Origin: a virus
Lineage: Duplodnaviria > Caudoviricetes
Length of the DNA stretch: 57,458 nt
Direction: 5' to 3' (one strand)
IMG/VR virus record: IMGVR_UViG_3300025418_000002
Location: 1-57,458 of that record
Under the pieces are notes generated by a model. That model was not told the origin of the DNA. It did no database searches and saw only the letters and a list, made by a program, of their open reading frames with translations. Both the position numbers and the translations under genes were made by a program. Shown here piece by piece: positions 56,838 through 57,458 of this stretch (positions are counted from its first letter, which is position 1; each line of letters opens with the position of its first letter).

Positions 56838-57044
56838 TTAGAGAACCTTCTCTCTGTATACCCGGTCTGCTTCAGCCAGATATTCCTTCGTCTGGGCAAG
56901 ACCAGCAATCTTGCCCGCTGCATATTTGTATTCAGGATAGTCGTGACGGCCTAAAGCCATATTTTCCATAAGACGTTCAATCTCAGTATCAATAAGGTCT
57001 TCTAGTAAATGCACGTAAACGTGCAACGGCGTAAGTGTTCCCAT
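56838..57044 (-). CDS. Small helical head-module protein
   Basis: G..DY.EYK...G.I.GL, upstream of groES. Confidence 0.75.
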   Translation of the reverse strand: MGTLTPLHVYVHLLEDLIDTEIERLMENMALGRHDYPEYKYAAGKIAGLAQTKEYLAEADRVYREKVL

Positions 57045-57128
57045 ATCCAGCTTCCTCTCTGGCCTTCCTCTATGTAAGTGGGGCTGGCTTCTTGAGGAAG
57101 GGGGAAGTAGCCAGCCCCGTCGCAGTAA

Positions 57129-57458
57129 TTACTTACCGCGAACCTTTCCTCCAGACTTGCGCGCAGGAGCATCCTTGCGCAGCTTGGCAATATCAGTTTT
57201 CTGCAAACGGCCTTCACCACTTGCTGCGCCGGCTTCCATGTCTTTGTATGACTTGGCTACCTTCGTAATTCTACCACCTGATTTACGCATTAAAGGAACT
57301 CCAGTTATAGGTCCGCCAACAGGTCCAGGAGCAGGCATAGGACCAGGCATAGGACGGCGGCGAGGGATAACCCCAGGGGCGCCAATACCACCAGGCATCC
57401 TAGATACAGGAGGGGACCCAATAGGACCTCCCATTGGCTGTCCAGTTATTGGATGAAA
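57129..57458 (-). CDS. 3' part of the 525-aa junction-spanning xxxGG protein
   Basis: In frame with 1375..1; ends MRKSGGRI...GAASGEGRLQK...ARKSGGKVRGK*. Confidence 0.9.
   Translation of the reverse strand, partial: FHPITGQPMGGPIGSPPVSRMPGGIGAPGVIPRRRPMPGPMPAPGPVGGPITGVPLMRKSGGRITKVAKSYKDMEAGAASGEGRLQKTDIAKLRKDAPARKSGGKVRGK
57332..57458. repeat. Terminal direct repeat, copy 2
   Basis: Identical to 1-127. Confidence 0.95.

Overview
A complete, circularly assembled dsDNA tailed-phage genome. Unit length is 57,331 bp: bases 1-127 are repeated exactly at 57332-57458, which looks like an assembler k-mer overlap. The layout is podovirus-like. It has TerS/TerL, portal, GroES, scaffold, major capsid protein, adaptor/nozzle proteins, two large ejection-type proteins (one with a lytic transglycosylase) and several fibres. 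I recognise no tape measure, tail tube, integrase, DNA polymerase, RNA polymerase or tRNA. The host is very likely an alphaproteobacterium, because the phage carries GapR, GcrA and a stand-alone DnaA domain-IV homologue. Replication genes are a Prim-Pol/AAA helicase fusion, a RuvC-like resolvase, a PD-(D/E)XK exonuclease, a probable SSB and dCTP deaminase. Main observations: (1) a recurring x-x-x-Gly-Gly motif (KKGGKV, RATGG, FADGG, YAEGG, LKDGG, YYVGG; more than 20 copies) that is concentrated in six late proteins and sits between domains. One of these proteins is a 525-aa ORF crossing the circular junction that the ORF track missed. A stand-alone protein made of two copies of the 'GEYV' module, which follows AxGG sites in tape-measure C-termini, is a candidate processing or targeting factor. 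(2) A ~200-bp non-coding array of nested and paired palindromes. (3) Structured RNA leaders on capsid genes. (4) A collagen (Gly-Pro-Thr) fibre next to a glycosyltransferase and a 2OG oxygenase. All family calls come from motif recognition by eye; no searches were run.
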